Notes: generated by a model not told the origin, from the letters alone. A DNA stretch of 44,029 nucleotides from Patescibacteria group bacterium (GCA_034717395.1 JAYELJ010000049.1:1-44029), one strand, 5' to 3'; shown: positions 24,716 to 36,300, counted from the first letter of the stretch. A program made the numbers and translations.

Positions 24716-25018
24716 TTATGAAGCAAGGGATTTTCCTGATTTTTTAGAAAAACGTACTTTCTGTCCTTTTTCAGTACGATACCCAAGACGAACTGGAGTA
24801 TCATTTTCCAAGAACATTACATTTGAGACATGGATAGATGCTTCTTTCGAAACGATTCCTCCTTTTTGTCCCTCTGAAGGTTTTACATGTTTTTTCACCA
24901 TATTAATACCTTCAATAATGACACGATTTTCTTGTGGAAAAGATTGAGTTACCTCTCCTTTCTTCCCTTTATCCTTCCCCGCAACAACAAGCACTGTGTC
25001 ACCTTTTTTAATTTTCAT
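24716..25018 (-). CDS. rplX: 50S ribosomal protein L24
   Basis: Track ORF with the KOW motif (MKIKKGDTVLVVAGKDKGKKGEV). Confidence 0.9.
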   Translation of the reverse strand: MKIKKGDTVLVVAGKDKGKKGEVTQSFPQENRVIIEGINMVKKHVKPSEGQKGGIVSKEASIHVSNVMFLENDTPVRLGYRTEKGQKVRFSKKSGKSLAS

Positions 25019-25060
25019 ACGTTAGAGTAAAAAATAATAAAAAATGGAAAATAAAATTAT

Positions 25061-25432
25061 TTAAAGAACTTCTGGAGCTAGGGAAACAATTTTTCCAAAA
25101 CCTTTATCACGAAGTTCTCTTGCAACAGGACCGAATACACGAGTCCCGCGAGGATTTTTACTTGAAGGATCTACAATAACTGCAGCATTTTCATCAAAAC
25201 GGATATAAGAACCATCGATGCGACGAATTGAATGTCTTTGACGCACGATAACAGCTTTTACTACCGCTTTCTTTTTTACTACTCCTTTTGGAGTAGCCTC
25301 TTTTACTGCAGCTACAATAATATCTCCAACCTGAGCGTAGCGACGACGAGAACCACCCAACACTTTAATACACATGATGGATTTAGCTCCCGAGTTATCT
25401 GCTATGTTCAATACAGTTTGAGCCTGAATCAT
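25061..25432 (-). CDS. rplN: 50S ribosomal protein L14
   Basis: Track ORF beginning [17 protein letters not shown]. Confidence 0.92.
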   Translation of the reverse strand: MIQAQTVLNIADNSGAKSIMCIKVLGGSRRRYAQVGDIIVAAVKEATPKGVVKKKAVVKAVIVRQRHSIRRIDGSYIRFDENAAVIVDPSSKNPRGTRVFGPVARELRDKGFGKIVSLAPEVL

Positions 25433-25476
25433 CGCAACAGATAAAATAAAATTATAAATACGTATTAACTAGAGAA

Positions 25477-25701
25477 TTATTCTGAAACTACTGTCCAACA
25501 TTTGTTTTTACTCATAGGACGAGTTTCTTCTATAGTTACTGTAGAACCAAGAGCATATTGGTTATTTTCATCATGAGCAAAAAACTTTTTGGTAACACGA
25601 TAACGTTTTTTGTATTTTGAGTGCATTTTATATGAATCCACTGCAACAACGATCGTTTTATCCATTTTTGTACTCACAACTACTCCTTTTTTTGTACGCA
25701 T
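25477..25701 (-). CDS. rpsQ: 30S ribosomal protein S17
   Basis: Track ORF (KKGVVVSTKMDKTIVVAVD...YKKRY). Confidence 0.9.
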   Translation of the reverse strand: MRTKKGVVVSTKMDKTIVVAVDSYKMHSKYKKRYRVTKKFFAHDENNQYALGSTVTIEETRPMSKNKCWTVVSE

Positions 25702-25704
25702 ACC

Positions 25705-25899
25705 TTAGTTTTTTTGCTTAAGAAGTGTAAGAATTCGAGCTATCTGCTTCTTTGCTTTATAATAAACATGCGATCGAGCATCTTGTTTTGCACGAAGATT
25801 GATAAGAAGCTCATATGCTTCTTTTCGAGTTTCTTTTAACAAAAGATGAAGATCTGAAACAGATTTTGCTCGAAGATCTGTAATTGAAAGAATATTCAT
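25705..25899 (-). CDS. rpmC: 50S ribosomal protein L29
   Basis: Track ORF 25705..25905. ATG 25897-25899 is preferred as the start, with TTG 25905 as the alternative. The sequence is L29-like (LRAKSVSDLHLLLKETRKE). Confidence 0.85.
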   Translation of the reverse strand: MNILSITDLRAKSVSDLHLLLKETRKEAYELLINLRAKQDARSHVYYKAKKQIARILTLLKQKN

Positions 25900-25905
25900 A
25901 ATCAA

Positions 25906-26316
25906 TTAGTGCATCTTAGAGATTATTTTGGTTTTCACTGGCAACTTATGAGAAGCCAATGTCAAAGCCTCTTTTACAAGTTCGGGACTAATTCCATCGA
26001 TTTCGAATAGAACATGTCCTGGCTTCACTCTTGCAACATAATGATCAACAGCTCCTTTCCCTGACCCCATAGGGACCCCTTCTGATTTACGAGTAACCGG
26101 AAGATGAGGGAAAACACGGATCCATATTTTACCACCACGTTTAGTTTGTCTTGCAATTACACGACGAGCAGCCTCAATTTGACGTGCAGTCAAACGACCT
26201 GGCTCAAGTGTCTTCAGACCAAAAGACCCAAAGGATACCACAGTACCGCGAGAAGCGACACCTTTGATTTTCCCTTTAAAATATCTTCTGAATTTTGTTC
26301 TTTTTGGAAGTAACAT
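25906..26316 (-). CDS. rplP: 50S ribosomal protein L16
   Basis: Track ORF beginning [19 protein letters not shown]. Confidence 0.92.
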   Translation of the reverse strand: MLLPKRTKFRRYFKGKIKGVASRGTVVSFGSFGLKTLEPGRLTARQIEAARRVIARQTKRGGKIWIRVFPHLPVTRKSEGVPMGSGKGAVDHYVARVKPGHVLFEIDGISPELVKEALTLASHKLPVKTKIISKMH

Positions 26317-26331
26317 AAGAATCTTACTTAA

Positions 26332-26967
26332 TTACTTATTAAATACATCTCCTCGGTAAATCCATACCTTGATACCGAGTTTTCCATAAGTAGTTAACGC
26401 TTCACTATGAGCATAATCAATATCAGCACGGATTGTTTGAAGCGGAATTCTTCCTTCAGAGACAAATTCTCCTCGAGCGATTTCAGCTCCATTCAAACGA
26501 CCACCAATATAGATCTTTATACCTTTCGCTCCTGCTTCCATAGCTTTTTGCAAATATTGTTTTGCAACACGGCGATATGAAGCACGACGTTCGATAGCCA
26601 TAGCGATATTATCAGCAACTACTTTTGAATCAAGATCAGGACGTTTTACTTCCTTCACTTTAATATCAATCTTACGTGTTTGTAATAAAACAGAAAGATC
26701 CTTATTAAGTTGAGCGAGTGATTCACCATCGCGACCAATTATCATCCCTGGTTTTGCTGTGTGAATAGCAACAATAATTCCATTTGTTGTTCTATCTATC
26801 TCTATAGAAGAAATAGATGCTTCTACAAATTTCTTTTGAATATATTTTCTGATTTTTACATCTTGAAGAAGATATTCAGAATATTGTTGTTTTTCAGCAA
26901 ACCAATTAGATTTCCATCAGCGGACAGTTCCTACTCGAAAAATATACGGATGAACTTTTTGACCCAC
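26332..26967 (-). CDS. rpsC: 30S ribosomal protein S3
   Basis: Track ORF 26332..26745 covers only the C-terminal two thirds. The frame continues upstream through TGA 26917-26919 to GTG 26965-26967, giving the canonical N-terminus (M)GQKVHPYIFRVG. Confidence 0.9.
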
Positions 26968-26993
26968 AACAAACTGGTTTAAAAGTATAAAAA

Positions 26994-27320
26994 CTAAATC
27001 GATTTAAGAGTAACATTAACATGAGAAGATCTTTTAAGGATGCGATGCGCACGACCACGAGAAACCGGGTTGATACGTTTCATCACAATACCTTTTGTAA
27101 TCATTAAACTATCAAGAGTCAATTGATCACGAGAAAATCCTTCATTGTTCTCCGCATTTGCAACGGCAGATTTTAATGCTTTGTACAATAGATCAGCAGC
27201 TTTTTTGTTTGTAAAACGAAGGATATCCATCGCTTCAGAAGCATTTTTACCGCGTATCATTTTTGCAACAAGATTAAGTTTCTTTGGTGAAATGCGAACA
27301 TTTTTAATATGTGCTTTCAT
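26994..27320 (-). CDS. rplV: 50S ribosomal protein L22
   Basis: Track ORF (KNVRISPKKLNLVAKMIRGK). Confidence 0.9.
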   Translation of the reverse strand: MKAHIKNVRISPKKLNLVAKMIRGKNASEAMDILRFTNKKAADLLYKALKSAVANAENNEGFSRDQLTLDSLMITKGIVMKRINPVSRGRAHRILKRSSHVNVTLKSI

Positions 27321-27346
27321 GCAAATTTTAAAGATAACAAATAAAA

Positions 27347-27616
27347 CTATTTTCTTTTCTTGTCTGAACCGTGCCCACGAAATGTACGTGTAACAGCGAA
27401 TTCTCCAAGCTTATGACCAATCATTGGCTCTGTTACCATAACTGGAATAAATTTATTCCCATTATGAACTGCAAATGTATGACCAACAAACTGTGGTGGT
27501 ATAGCACTTGCACGAGACCAAGTCTTAATAATTTTTTTCTTACCATCTCCTATGTTTTCCACCTTCTTTAAAAGACGTAAATCGATATACGGACCTTTTT
27601 TAAGAGAACGTCCCAT
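27347..27616 (-). CDS. rpsS: 30S ribosomal protein S19
   Basis: Track ORF ([12 protein letters not shown]...HNGNKFIPV...MIGHKLGEF). Confidence 0.92.
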   Translation of the reverse strand: MGRSLKKGPYIDLRLLKKVENIGDGKKKIIKTWSRASAIPPQFVGHTFAVHNGNKFIPVMVTEPMIGHKLGEFAVTRTFRGHGSDKKRK

Positions 27617-27658
27617 AATTTATTTAAAATTAGAAATCTAGAAGCTAGGAAATAGCTT

Positions 27659-28501
27659 TTATTTTTTACTACGAGCTCTTGTACGTGCAATAAAATGATC
27701 AGACACTTTATTACGACGTGTTTTCACACCAAGAGCAGGTCTTCCCCAAGGAGTTTTTGGACCTTTACGGATACCAACGGGCTGATGCCCTTCTCCTCCA
27801 CCATGAGGATGATCTACTGGATTCTTCTGAGAACCACCAACTTTTCCTTTTTTCCCAAGCCAACGTTTACGCCCAGCTTTTCCAAGACAAGTAAGTGAGT
27901 GATCTCCATTAGAAACCTGACCAAGAGTCGCAAACGACTCTTTCGAAACATAGCGAACTTCTCCCGAAGGAAGTTTCACTTGTGCGTATTCTCCATCAAG
28001 AGATGTTAGAACAGCACTTGTTCCAGCACTACGAACAACAGTATTCTTTTCACCAAGAACCACTTCCACCTCATGAATAAGCTGTCCTACCGGAATACTT
28101 TTCAAAGGAATTCTGTTTCCTGGTTTAATACTTGCTTTTTCCGCACAGATAACTTTATCTCCTACTGCAAGCGCATCTGGAGCAATCATATAACGTTTGT
28201 CTCCATCCGCATATACAAGCAACGCGATAAATGCCGTTCTATTTGGATCATATTCAAGTGTTTTTACTGTTGCCGGCACCCCGAATTTTTCTTTACGAGA
28301 ATGATCAATAATACGATATAGTCGCTTATGACCCTGCCCACGACCTCTCATAGTGATTTTCCCTTGGTTATTGCGACCCCCTGTTTTCTTAAGAGAAACA
28401 GTCAATCCTTTTACCGGACGAGATTTTGATAATTCACTATAGTCAATCGTACGAAGTGTTCGTAAACTCGGAGTTATTGGCTTATACTTTTTGATTGCCA
28501 C
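27659..28501 (-). CDS. rplB: 50S ribosomal protein L2
   Basis: Track ORF 27659..28510. The likely start is GTG 28499-28501 ((M)AIKKYKPITPSLR). The motif GGGEGH is present. Confidence 0.92.
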   Translation of the reverse strand: MAIKKYKPITPSLRTLRTIDYSELSKSRPVKGLTVSLKKTGGRNNQGKITMRGRGQGHKRLYRIIDHSRKEKFGVPATVKTLEYDPNRTAFIALLVYADGDKRYMIAPDALAVGDKVICAEKASIKPGNRIPLKSIPVGQLIHEVEVVLGEKNTVVRSAGTSAVLTSLDGEYAQVKLPSGEVRYVSKESFATLGQVSNGDHSLTCLGKAGRKRWLGKKGKVGGSQKNPVDHPHGGGEGHQPVGIRKGPKTPWGRPALGVKTRRNKVSDHFIARTRARSKK

Positions 28502-28521
28502 AATAAACAAAGGTTAATTAA

Positions 28522-28818
28522 TTACGAACGTTTGATTTTTGTAATATCAAGTGAAGACGCATCTCCTGCTACCGTAATCGTTGCTCTTTTTTGTGTAGAG
28601 CGACGCACGACTTTCTTTCTTCCAGAATCTCGAAATTTACGAGGCAAGATTTGCATATTTACTGACTTAACCGAAACGTCATAGAGATTCTCAAAAGCTT
28701 GTTTTACAATTGTCTTTGTCACATCAGCTCCTACGATAAAAACGAATTTGCTTTGTGTTGACGATTGAAAACTCTTTTCAGAAATAACCGGTTTTTTAAG
28801 AACAGAAATATAGTTCAT
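28522..28818 (-). CDS. rplW: 50S ribosomal protein L23
   Basis: Track ORF. Cluster position and sequence (VLKKPVISEKS) fit L23. Confidence 0.88.
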   Translation of the reverse strand: MNYISVLKKPVISEKSFQSSTQSKFVFIVGADVTKTIVKQAFENLYDVSVKSVNMQILPRKFRDSGRKKVVRRSTQKRATITVAGDASSLDITKIKRS

Positions 28819-28833
28819 TAGTTCACGATAATA

Positions 28834-29460
28834 TTAAGAAGCCCAAATGGTATTCATTTTGTCTACTGCACCTTCTGACACAATAATTGAACGGTATTTG
28901 AGAAGATCAGCAACATTAAGATACTGAACATCAAGTGTTTTAATATGTTCGATGTTACGAAACGAACGAACAAGTACTTCGCTGTCATCTGCATGAACAA
29001 CCAAGACACTTCTCTCTACTGGCAATTTTTGAAGAAGTTGAGCCGCTTCTTTTGTTTTCGGAGCCTGAATATCAAATCCAGACAAACCAAGAACAGCGTT
29101 CGACTGAGCTTTCTGAGTTAAAGCTCCAAACAAAGCAAGTCGTCTTTGTTTCTTCGGCATATCTTTTTCATAATTTCTATCATTTGTAGGTCCAAAAATA
29201 CGACCCCCTTTAATCCATTGAGCTGCACGGATAGAACCTTGACGAGCACGCCCAGTTCCTTTTTGTCTCCATGGCTTTCTTCCTCCTCCTCGACGATCAC
29301 TTCGACCTTTTGTGTGTGCAGTTACCTGACGCATATTTGCAAGCTGACGAAGAAGAGCCTTATGAATAAGATCTTCATTTACCGGAGCTGCAAAAAACGC
29401 ATCATTCACCTCCACTGTTTTTTCCACCTGACCTTTCAGGTTGTAAAAATCAAGTTTCAT
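28834..29460 (-). CDS. rplD: 50S ribosomal protein L4
   Basis: Track ORF (TKGRSDRRGGGRKPWRQKGTGRARQGS). Confidence 0.92.
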   Translation of the reverse strand: MKLDFYNLKGQVEKTVEVNDAFFAAPVNEDLIHKALLRQLANMRQVTAHTKGRSDRRGGGRKPWRQKGTGRARQGSIRAAQWIKGGRIFGPTNDRNYEKDMPKKQRRLALFGALTQKAQSNAVLGLSGFDIQAPKTKEAAQLLQKLPVERSVLVVHADDSEVLVRSFRNIEHIKTLDVQYLNVADLLKYRSIIVSEGAVDKMNTIWAS

Positions 29461-29480
29461 GCATTTAGCAAGTTAAATTA

Positions 29481-30068
29481 CTAAGATTGCTTTCTAAGTA
29501 CTAGGGTTCCGTTGTTAGCCCCAGGAAGAGATCCTTTTACAAAAAGAACACCATTCTCTGAATCTACCTTACAAACCTTGAGTCTACTCAAAGTTGTTTT
29601 ACGAGCACCCATGTGCCCAGGCATTTTTTTACCAGGCATCACTCGTCCAGGATTTGTAGCGCCAGACGTCCCCCCGATTGCTCGAGTGTATTTCCCACCA
29701 TGACTCTGAGGTCCTCGTGAAAAATTCCAACGTTTGATTGCACCAGCAAAACCTTTACCAATAGATGTACCTGTTACACGAAGAAGATCTTCTTCTGTGA
29801 AATTCTCAGCACTAAGTAGAGAGCCTTTTTCAAAACCAGAAACATCATCTATACGGTATTCCGCATAACGTTTGTACTTCTGAGGAGATACTTTCCCTTC
29901 TTTTTTAGAAGAAGCACCAACCACAATAGCACTATAACCATCCGTTTCCACTGTTTTGATTTGAGTTACCTCGCAAGGTTCTACTTTTACAGCAGTTACA
30001 GGAGTAACAACTCCTTCTTTCGAAGTAAGAGATGTCATTCCCATTTTCTTTCCAATCAAAATCGACAT
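29481..30068 (-). CDS. rplC: 50S ribosomal protein L3
   Basis: Track ORF (LIGKKMGMTS...GKGFAGAIKRWNF). Confidence 0.92.
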   Translation of the reverse strand: MSILIGKKMGMTSLTSKEGVVTPVTAVKVEPCEVTQIKTVETDGYSAIVVGASSKKEGKVSPQKYKRYAEYRIDDVSGFEKGSLLSAENFTEEDLLRVTGTSIGKGFAGAIKRWNFSRGPQSHGGKYTRAIGGTSGATNPGRVMPGKKMPGHMGARKTTLSRLKVCKVDSENGVLFVKGSLPGANNGTLVLRKQS

Positions 30069-30132
30069 AACTAAGAAAGAAATAAATAAAAATGATTAGA
30101 GTAGCAAGGTAAGTCAGCATAACGCGACCTAT

Positions 30133-30189
30133 CCCGACACTTACAGACAATCATCATAACATAATTATGATTATCTGTAGTATGCCGGG
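30133..30189 (-). other. Long imperfect hairpin in the unusually long rpsJ-rplC spacer
   Basis: On the minus strand the sequence is atcccggcatactacagataatcataa-ttatg-ttatgatgattgtctgtaagtgtcgggat. About 25 positions pair, counting G-U pairs and one bulge. Confidence 0.5.
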
Positions 30190-30216
30190 ATGGAACCACA
30201 TTTAGCATCGATACAA

Positions 30217-30531
30217 CTACATCTTAATTTCTAACCCTACACCAGCAGGAAGACTGAGTCTTGAAAGAGCATCAACCGTTTTGGCTGTTGTTCCACTAAG
30301 ATCAATAAGTCTTTTATGAGTTCTTCTCTCGTACTGAAGACGAGATTTTTTGTTCACAAAAGTTGAACGCAAAATAGTGAATTTCTCTGTTTTCACTGGT
30401 AGTGGAATAGGCCCTGTTACAGACGCTCCACTTCTTTCCGCAGCTTCGATGATCATTTTAGCTGATTGATCAATCAGCTTGTGATCATACGATTTTAGCT
30501 TAATACGGATGCTGTCTTTTGAAGCCACCAT
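30217..30531 (-). CDS. rpsJ: 30S ribosomal protein S10
   Basis: Track ORF ([16 protein letters not shown]...[10 protein letters not shown]). Confidence 0.92.
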   Translation of the reverse strand: MVASKDSIRIKLKSYDHKLIDQSAKMIIEAAERSGASVTGPIPLPVKTEKFTILRSTFVNKKSRLQYERRTHKRLIDLSGTTAKTVDALSRLSLPAGVGLEIKM

Positions 30532-30593
30532 ACTAGAATAGTAAGATAAGAAAATAATGAACAGTTGTTCTTTTTCAAGAATAACGCTGTGAA

Positions 30594-30622
30594 ATTCTAT
30601 TACAAAATACTATTTTTGTAAA
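30594..30622 (-). promoter_or_regulatory. Candidate promoter of the S10-spc cluster
   Basis: On the minus strand the site reads TTTACA, a 17-nt spacer, then TAGAAT. It lies about 60 nt upstream of the rpsJ ATG. Confidence 0.45.
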
Positions 30623-30789
30623 CCTTTTTTACAAGAAAAGAGTCCTTCTTTATATATGTCAGAAAAAATATGCTGCAAAAAGAGGACTTTCTTAATCAAA
30701 AACAATGAACTAAGAGCCTTGTAAAAAACAAATTCTACACAAAATATAAAACATTAGATATACGTCAAAATGAATAACCAGAAAAAAAT

Positions 30790-30818
30790 TTGTATAGATG
30801 TTTTTATTCCCTTATACT
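30790..30818 (+). promoter_or_regulatory. Candidate ftsAZ promoter
   Basis: TTGTAT, a 17-nt spacer, then TATACT. It lies about 34 nt upstream of ATG 30852. Confidence 0.45.
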
Positions 30819-30851
30819 CAAGCGAGAATCTTTTTAATTTCACACACATAT

Positions 30852-32099
30852 ATGTCTCGAGAAAAAGTCATTGCAAGTATCGATATCGGATCACAAAAAG
30901 TACGGTCTGTAATAGGTGTTCTTTCTGGAGAAGGGAAAAATGCTAAGGTTAATATTATTGGCTTAGGAGTTACCCCTTCTACTGGACTAAGAAAATGAGC
31001 CGTTATTGATATCGAAGAAACTATTCATTCTGTTATCCATTCCATAGAGGATGCTGAAAGAATGTCTGGTGAACATATCAAAGAAGTCTATGTATCTCTT
31101 GGAGGAGATCATCTAAACTCTCACACTTCTACTGGTGTCATATCGGTAGGAACTGGTGAAATCACTGAAGAAGATGTATATAGAGTCCTAGAAGCTTCCC
31201 AAGCAGGACAAATGAATAATGCAAACCAACGCATTATACGAACAATAGCAAGAAACTTTAGCATTGATGAACAACACGGCATCAAAGATCCTGTTGGCAT
31301 GTCAGGAAGAAGGCTTGAGGTCGATTCTCATATCATCACAGGGAATGACAATCATATAAAAAACCTTGAACGTTGTATAACAGGAGCAGGGTTGCATGTT
31401 GCTGACTTTATTCCTGCTTCATTAGCTGCTGCAGAATCAGTACTCAACAGACGACAAAAAGAACTTGGAGTAGTTTCTATAGATATTGGAGCAGGATCTA
31501 CAAGTCTTGTAGTATACGAAGAAGGAACTCCTATATATACTTCGATTCTACCAATCGGAGGAGAAAGCATTACAAACGATATTGCTATTGGGCTTCGAGT
31601 ATCACTCGATACGGCAGAGAAGCTCAAACAAGAATATGGTCATGCTATTCCAGAAGAAGTTTCTAAACGAGAAGAAATTCATCTCAAAGATATTTCTAAA
31701 GTAGATACTCATTCTGTAGAGAAACACCAGCTCAGCTTGATCATATCTGCTAGACTGAATGAGATCTTCTATATGATCAAAGAAGAACTCAAATATATTC
31801 ACCGAGATGGAATGCTTCCTGCTGGAGCAATCATCACAGGAGGAGCTGTTCGTATGCCTGGGGTAGCTGATATAGCACGAGACACTCTCAACTTGCCAGT
31901 ACAAATTGGATTCCCGCAAGATATTGATGGGATTGTCGAACATATAGATGACCCAAGTTATGCTACTGCTATTGGACTTCTTCTCTACGGAGGAAGACAT
32001 GGAAGCAAATCTAACAACGGAGCATCTCCTATAAATATTAAAATGCCTGATTTTCTTGGAGCATTTGGAGATTTATTTAAAAATCTTCTCCCAAAATAA
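30852..32099 (+). CDS. ftsA: Cell division protein FtsA
   Basis: Track ORFs 30798..30998 and 31062..32099 are in the same frame. TGA 30996-30998 falls in GLRK-G-AVIDIEET, a conserved Gly of FtsA. The start is MSREKVIASIDIGSQK. Actin-fold motifs are present. Confidence 0.88.
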
Positions 32100-32146
32100 A
32101 AAATAAAAAGATCTTTCTTTATAATATTTAAATCATTTGTAATCCT

Positions 32147-33325
32147 ATGTTAGATATCACTCCTGAATTCAATCCAGTTGCAAAAATTAAAGTCATCGGT
32201 GTCGGTGGTGGAGGTAATAACTCGATCAACCGTATGATCAAAAGCAATATCAATGGTGTTGATTTTATCGCTGTAAATACTGATGCTCAAGCATTGAGCC
32301 ATAATCAAGCGACAAACAAAATCAATATTGGTAAAACATCTACTCGTGGTCTTGGTGCTGGCGCAAACCCAGAAGTAGGAAAACGTGCTGCAGAAGAGTC
32401 TGTAGAAGAAATCAAAGCTCTTCTCGAAGATACTGATATGGTGTTTGTTACTTGTGGCCTCGGAGGAGGAACCGGTACAGGAGCTACTCCTACTATTTCT
32501 GCTATTGCAAAAGAAATGGGAATCTTGACTGTTGGTGTGGTAACAAAACCTTTTTCATTTGAAGGAGCTCGCCGTCGCACTCTTGCAGAAGATGGTCTGA
32601 ATGAACTTCGTGAAAATGTTGATGCAATCATCACTATTCAAAATGACAAAATCCTTTCTATCATTGATAAACGCACTCCTATCACAGATGCATTTACTAT
32701 CGTTGATGAAGTGCTTCGTCAAGGAGTACAAGGGATCTCAGATCTTATCACACAACATGGTATGATCAATGTAGATTTTGCTGATGTACGCACTATCATG
32801 GAAAATGCTGGTGATTCAGTTATGGGTATTGGACATGGCACAGGCGACAATCGTGCGGTTGAAGCTGCTCGTGCTGCTATTGACTCTCCACTCCTTGAGC
32901 TTTCTATTGCAGGGGCAAAAGGGATTATTATCAACATCACAGGAGGAAATGATCTTTCTATGTTTGAAGTAGAAGAAGTATCGAAGATCATTACTGAATC
33001 TGCTGATATTGATGCAAATATTATTATTGGTACAGCACTTGATGAAAACTTTAGCGGAGAGCTGAAAGTAACAGTGGTTGCTACTGATTTTGATGAAGAA
33101 TCTGCTCGTCGTGCTGAAAAAGCAATGAAACAAAATCGCCCAGCGATGAATTCACCATTTGCTCGTCAGGCATTCGATAGCAGCCAAAGTGCTCCTCGTA
33201 CGATGAGTACACCACAACCATCAACTACTCCACAACCAAGACAACAATCATCATCACAGTCTCCTGCTCAAGGGTCTTCTGATGAACTTGATATTCCTGC
33301 TTTCCTTCGTACAAAGATTAAGTAA
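32147..33325 (+). CDS. ftsZ: Cell division GTPase FtsZ
   Basis: Track ORF with the tubulin signature [20 protein letters not shown] and the C-terminal peptide DIPAFLR. Confidence 0.95.
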   Translation: MLDITPEFNPVAKIKVIGVGGGGNNSINRMIKSNINGVDFIAVNTDAQALSHNQATNKINIGKTSTRGLGAGANPEVGKRAAEESVEEIKALLEDTDMVFVTCGLGGGTGTGATPTISAIAKEMGILTVGVVTKPFSFEGARRRTLAEDGLNELRENVDAIITIQNDKILSIIDKRTPITDAFTIVDEVLRQGVQGISDLITQHGMINVDFADVRTIMENAGDSVMGIGHGTGDNRAVEAARAAIDSPLLELSIAGAKGIIINITGGNDLSMFEVEEVSKIITESADIDANIIIGTALDENFSGELKVTVVATDFDEESARRAEKAMKQNRPAMNSPFARQAFDSSQSAPRTMSTPQPSTTPQPRQQSSSQSPAQGSSDELDIPAFLRTKIK

Positions 33326-33335
33326 AGAGTTATCT

Positions 33336-33365
33336 AAAAACCTCAGCGATTTGCTGAGGTTTTTT
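33336..33365. terminator. Bidirectional terminator shared by ftsZ and the convergent nuclease gene
   Basis: Stem aaaaacctcagc / gctgaggttttt has a 5-nt loop. Confidence 0.6.
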
Positions 33366-33366
33366 C

Positions 33367-36300
33367 TTATTCAAATAAACTGTGTATCAAGTCAACTTCT
33401 TCCCCCTTATATTCTACACTCCATGCTTCTGGCTTGAGAACAATACGACCTACAGAATTGTACTGCGCCCGAGCAGAATGAATATCTAGAATATCTCACT
33501 TCTCGACAATCACTCCATCAGGACGAGAGACTTCTATATTTCCTAGTTGAAAACTCCATGCTGTTTTTTCTTCTATTGATTGGGTCAGAGAAAAATCTTT
33601 AAACAAATCTGTTTCTGAGAGAGTAACCTGTTCTGGATCAACTATAGGCTCTGGACGAATATCTGCTACAGACTTACTCAACACTTCTATCGTATCCCTC
33701 TTGTAAAGTTTAATAGTGAGTCCTTCTTTGGTTTTCCAATATTTTCCTGTCAAAAACACTTGATCTCCTTCTCAGATATTTCCGAGATCTCTTCCTATTG
33801 CATCCAGACGAAACACACGATTCCCAGCTGCAAAATACGCATGTTTCGAATCAAGAACTTTGGTAATAATCCCCTCTATTTCTATATCTTGTTTTTCATT
33901 TGAGAAAATAATCTCTGCAATATTTGAAATTTTCTTTCTGATGACTTTATTAGTGTGTATGAGGCCTTGAGAAGAAAGTGATTTTGTTTTTTTAGAAATG
34001 CTTTTTTGCGTATGTTCTATCTCTGTATCCAACCAATCCGAGAGTATTGTTTCTTTTATCTTAGTTACAAGGGAGACTTCTTGGTCCTCTTTTCTCTGTT
34101 CTTTTTCCTGTTTGAGAGATTGTTTTTCTTCTTTCGTTTTTTCCTGAGTGTTCGTCATATATTCAGATACTACACGATCTTGCTGTTGATCAGAAACGGG
34201 AGCCCAAAGACCAAGTTCATTTTCTCGAGCGAATATTTCAGCCTGGCGAAATGGTTCCATTTTTTCAAATGGATATTTGGTATAAGCAAATGCATACCCA
34301 TCTTCAAGAATTTTCTGATTATACAAAACACTATCAAGATACACATACCCAAGAATTCGATAATATCGATCAAAGATATCTTGATCAAACTCGATACGAA
34401 CCTGTGCTTCTGTTAATTTTTCTTTTGAATACCTGGAAGCTTCGATACCAAAATATTGTACTGTTTTACGAGGATCTACGGTCTCTGGAGTATCGATACC
34501 TATCATACGAACAGGAAACACTCACTGTTCATTATTACTACAAATAAAAGTATCTCCATCTATCACTCGGTCTACCTGACATTCTATAAAATCTTCTGAA
34601 AGAAACTCTTTTCTCTCAGGACTTGTTCGTTCTTTTCGAAAACGATTAGTGAGTGGATTACGAGTCCAAGATATGTTTTCTGTAGCGGTTCTATAACTTA
34701 CACATGAGTGTTGAATATCTTCTGTATCATAGAGACAATACTTCCCATCTTTATTGATCAAAGAAAAATCTACACCTTGGTCTCATTTTGTAGTTCCATT
34801 TGTGTAATATAGAAAATATGTATTTGGGTCTAACAATTGCGACTCTTTGACTGTATACTTCTTACCTTTCTTCTCATCCTGAAAATACCACCCTTTGATA
34901 GAACAAGACTGAGAATCTTTCGAGAGAAGCTCGATATACTCTTTTCCTTTATCTGGACCTTCTGGGTTAGGGAGAATCTCTGTAATTTGAATATCAGTAC
35001 AGGCTTTCTCTCAAGTATCATGAGAGATTTGAGTCTCATGGTTCGATGAAACAGAAGATCTATATGCAGCAGTATAAGACCCTCAGCCTCAGCCACTGGA
35101 AGGCTTTTGAGTAACTGACACTATATTTTCCAAACATGTTTCTGCAGAAAATTGATCTGTAACACAATACGTAACAGAATAATCTCAGACGACATCATAT
35201 GTATGCGCATTCGGGTTACGATATTCCGTGCCAAAACCAGCATATATAAATCCATCTCCAAAATCCCAAGAATAATAGAGATTACTTCATTGGTCTGGAT
35301 CTACTGTTCCATCTCCAGTGAGATTGAGGCTATACCCGGCATATATATCCCAAGAAGGTTTAGATCATTGAAGATTCCAAGAAGGAACAGGGACTTGGTT
35401 TTTGAGTAGTTCGACTGTGATACCTGTACTGCTCGATCCTCCGTAGCTATCTGACACGGTAAGAGTAATATCGTATAAACCTGAGCCTGTGTAACTTATT
35501 TCGAGAGGATTGTTGAAACTAGAACCTGTACCTCTCAGCACCGATCCGTTCCCGAAGTCCCAATCATAGTACAGAATATCCCCATCTGGGTCGGTGGAAT
35601 TCTCTCCGGTGATGTTGATAGATCCATTTTCTACTCCGAGAACCACTACTCCAGATGTGGAGAACTCAGCATTTCCTTGAAGATCTACCTGTGCCACAGG
35701 AACTGCATTAACCCAGGTGTTTTCTTCTCCTGGAGTTGGGTGATCAAATAGTTCAATACTTGCTCACGAAGAAAAATTTCGAATCCACGATTGATCTTCT
35801 CCTGTAATATCATAAGAAAAAGTATCTACAGAGTATCATTGATAAAAAAGTTCGAGCCAACCAGCGCTATTACTCAAATTGGATGCAGAAAATTCTTGCC
35901 AAAAATATGCATCCTCTAACCCATCAAACCAAACTAAAGGAATAATAATATATTCACCTGGTTGTATATATTCCGGAACTACTTCATAGAATATCAAATC
36001 AGAAAAATCTAAATTCCAATAAAAAGCATCTACCCCATCACTATTGGAGAGAGACAGATACATATCTTCCATTGCATATGACTGAACACCAGCATTATAT
36101 AACTCTATCCATTCATACCCAGTATCTGATCCTGTTGGATTTGCATACACCTCAGATACCCATAAAGGGACTGACTGCCAAACAAAAACCTCTTCTGTGA
36201 TTGCTTCTACTGATATATATGAACCTGACACGGTCCATACTGGAGAAAGCGTATAAGAAAGATCTGTATACACAGTAGCTCCTGTATCAAGAAATATGCC

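Noticed and set aside
22360-29484. Antisense ORFs across the r-protein cluster (22360..22644, 23983..24216, 25232..25444, 26104..26313, 26761..26982, 27145..27393, 27371..27571, 27695..27898, 28073..28321, 29146..29484, 29512..29703)
   Set aside because: Each overlaps a confidently identified ribosomal protein gene on the opposite strand. Each translates to low-complexity, unfamiliar sequence.
34006-35409. Plus-strand ORFs 34006..34416, 34251..34547, 34837..35049 and 35152..35409, and minus-strand ORF 34830..35096
   Set aside because: They overlap the continuous 3591-nt nuclease frame, either antisense or out of frame. They have no recognisable motifs.
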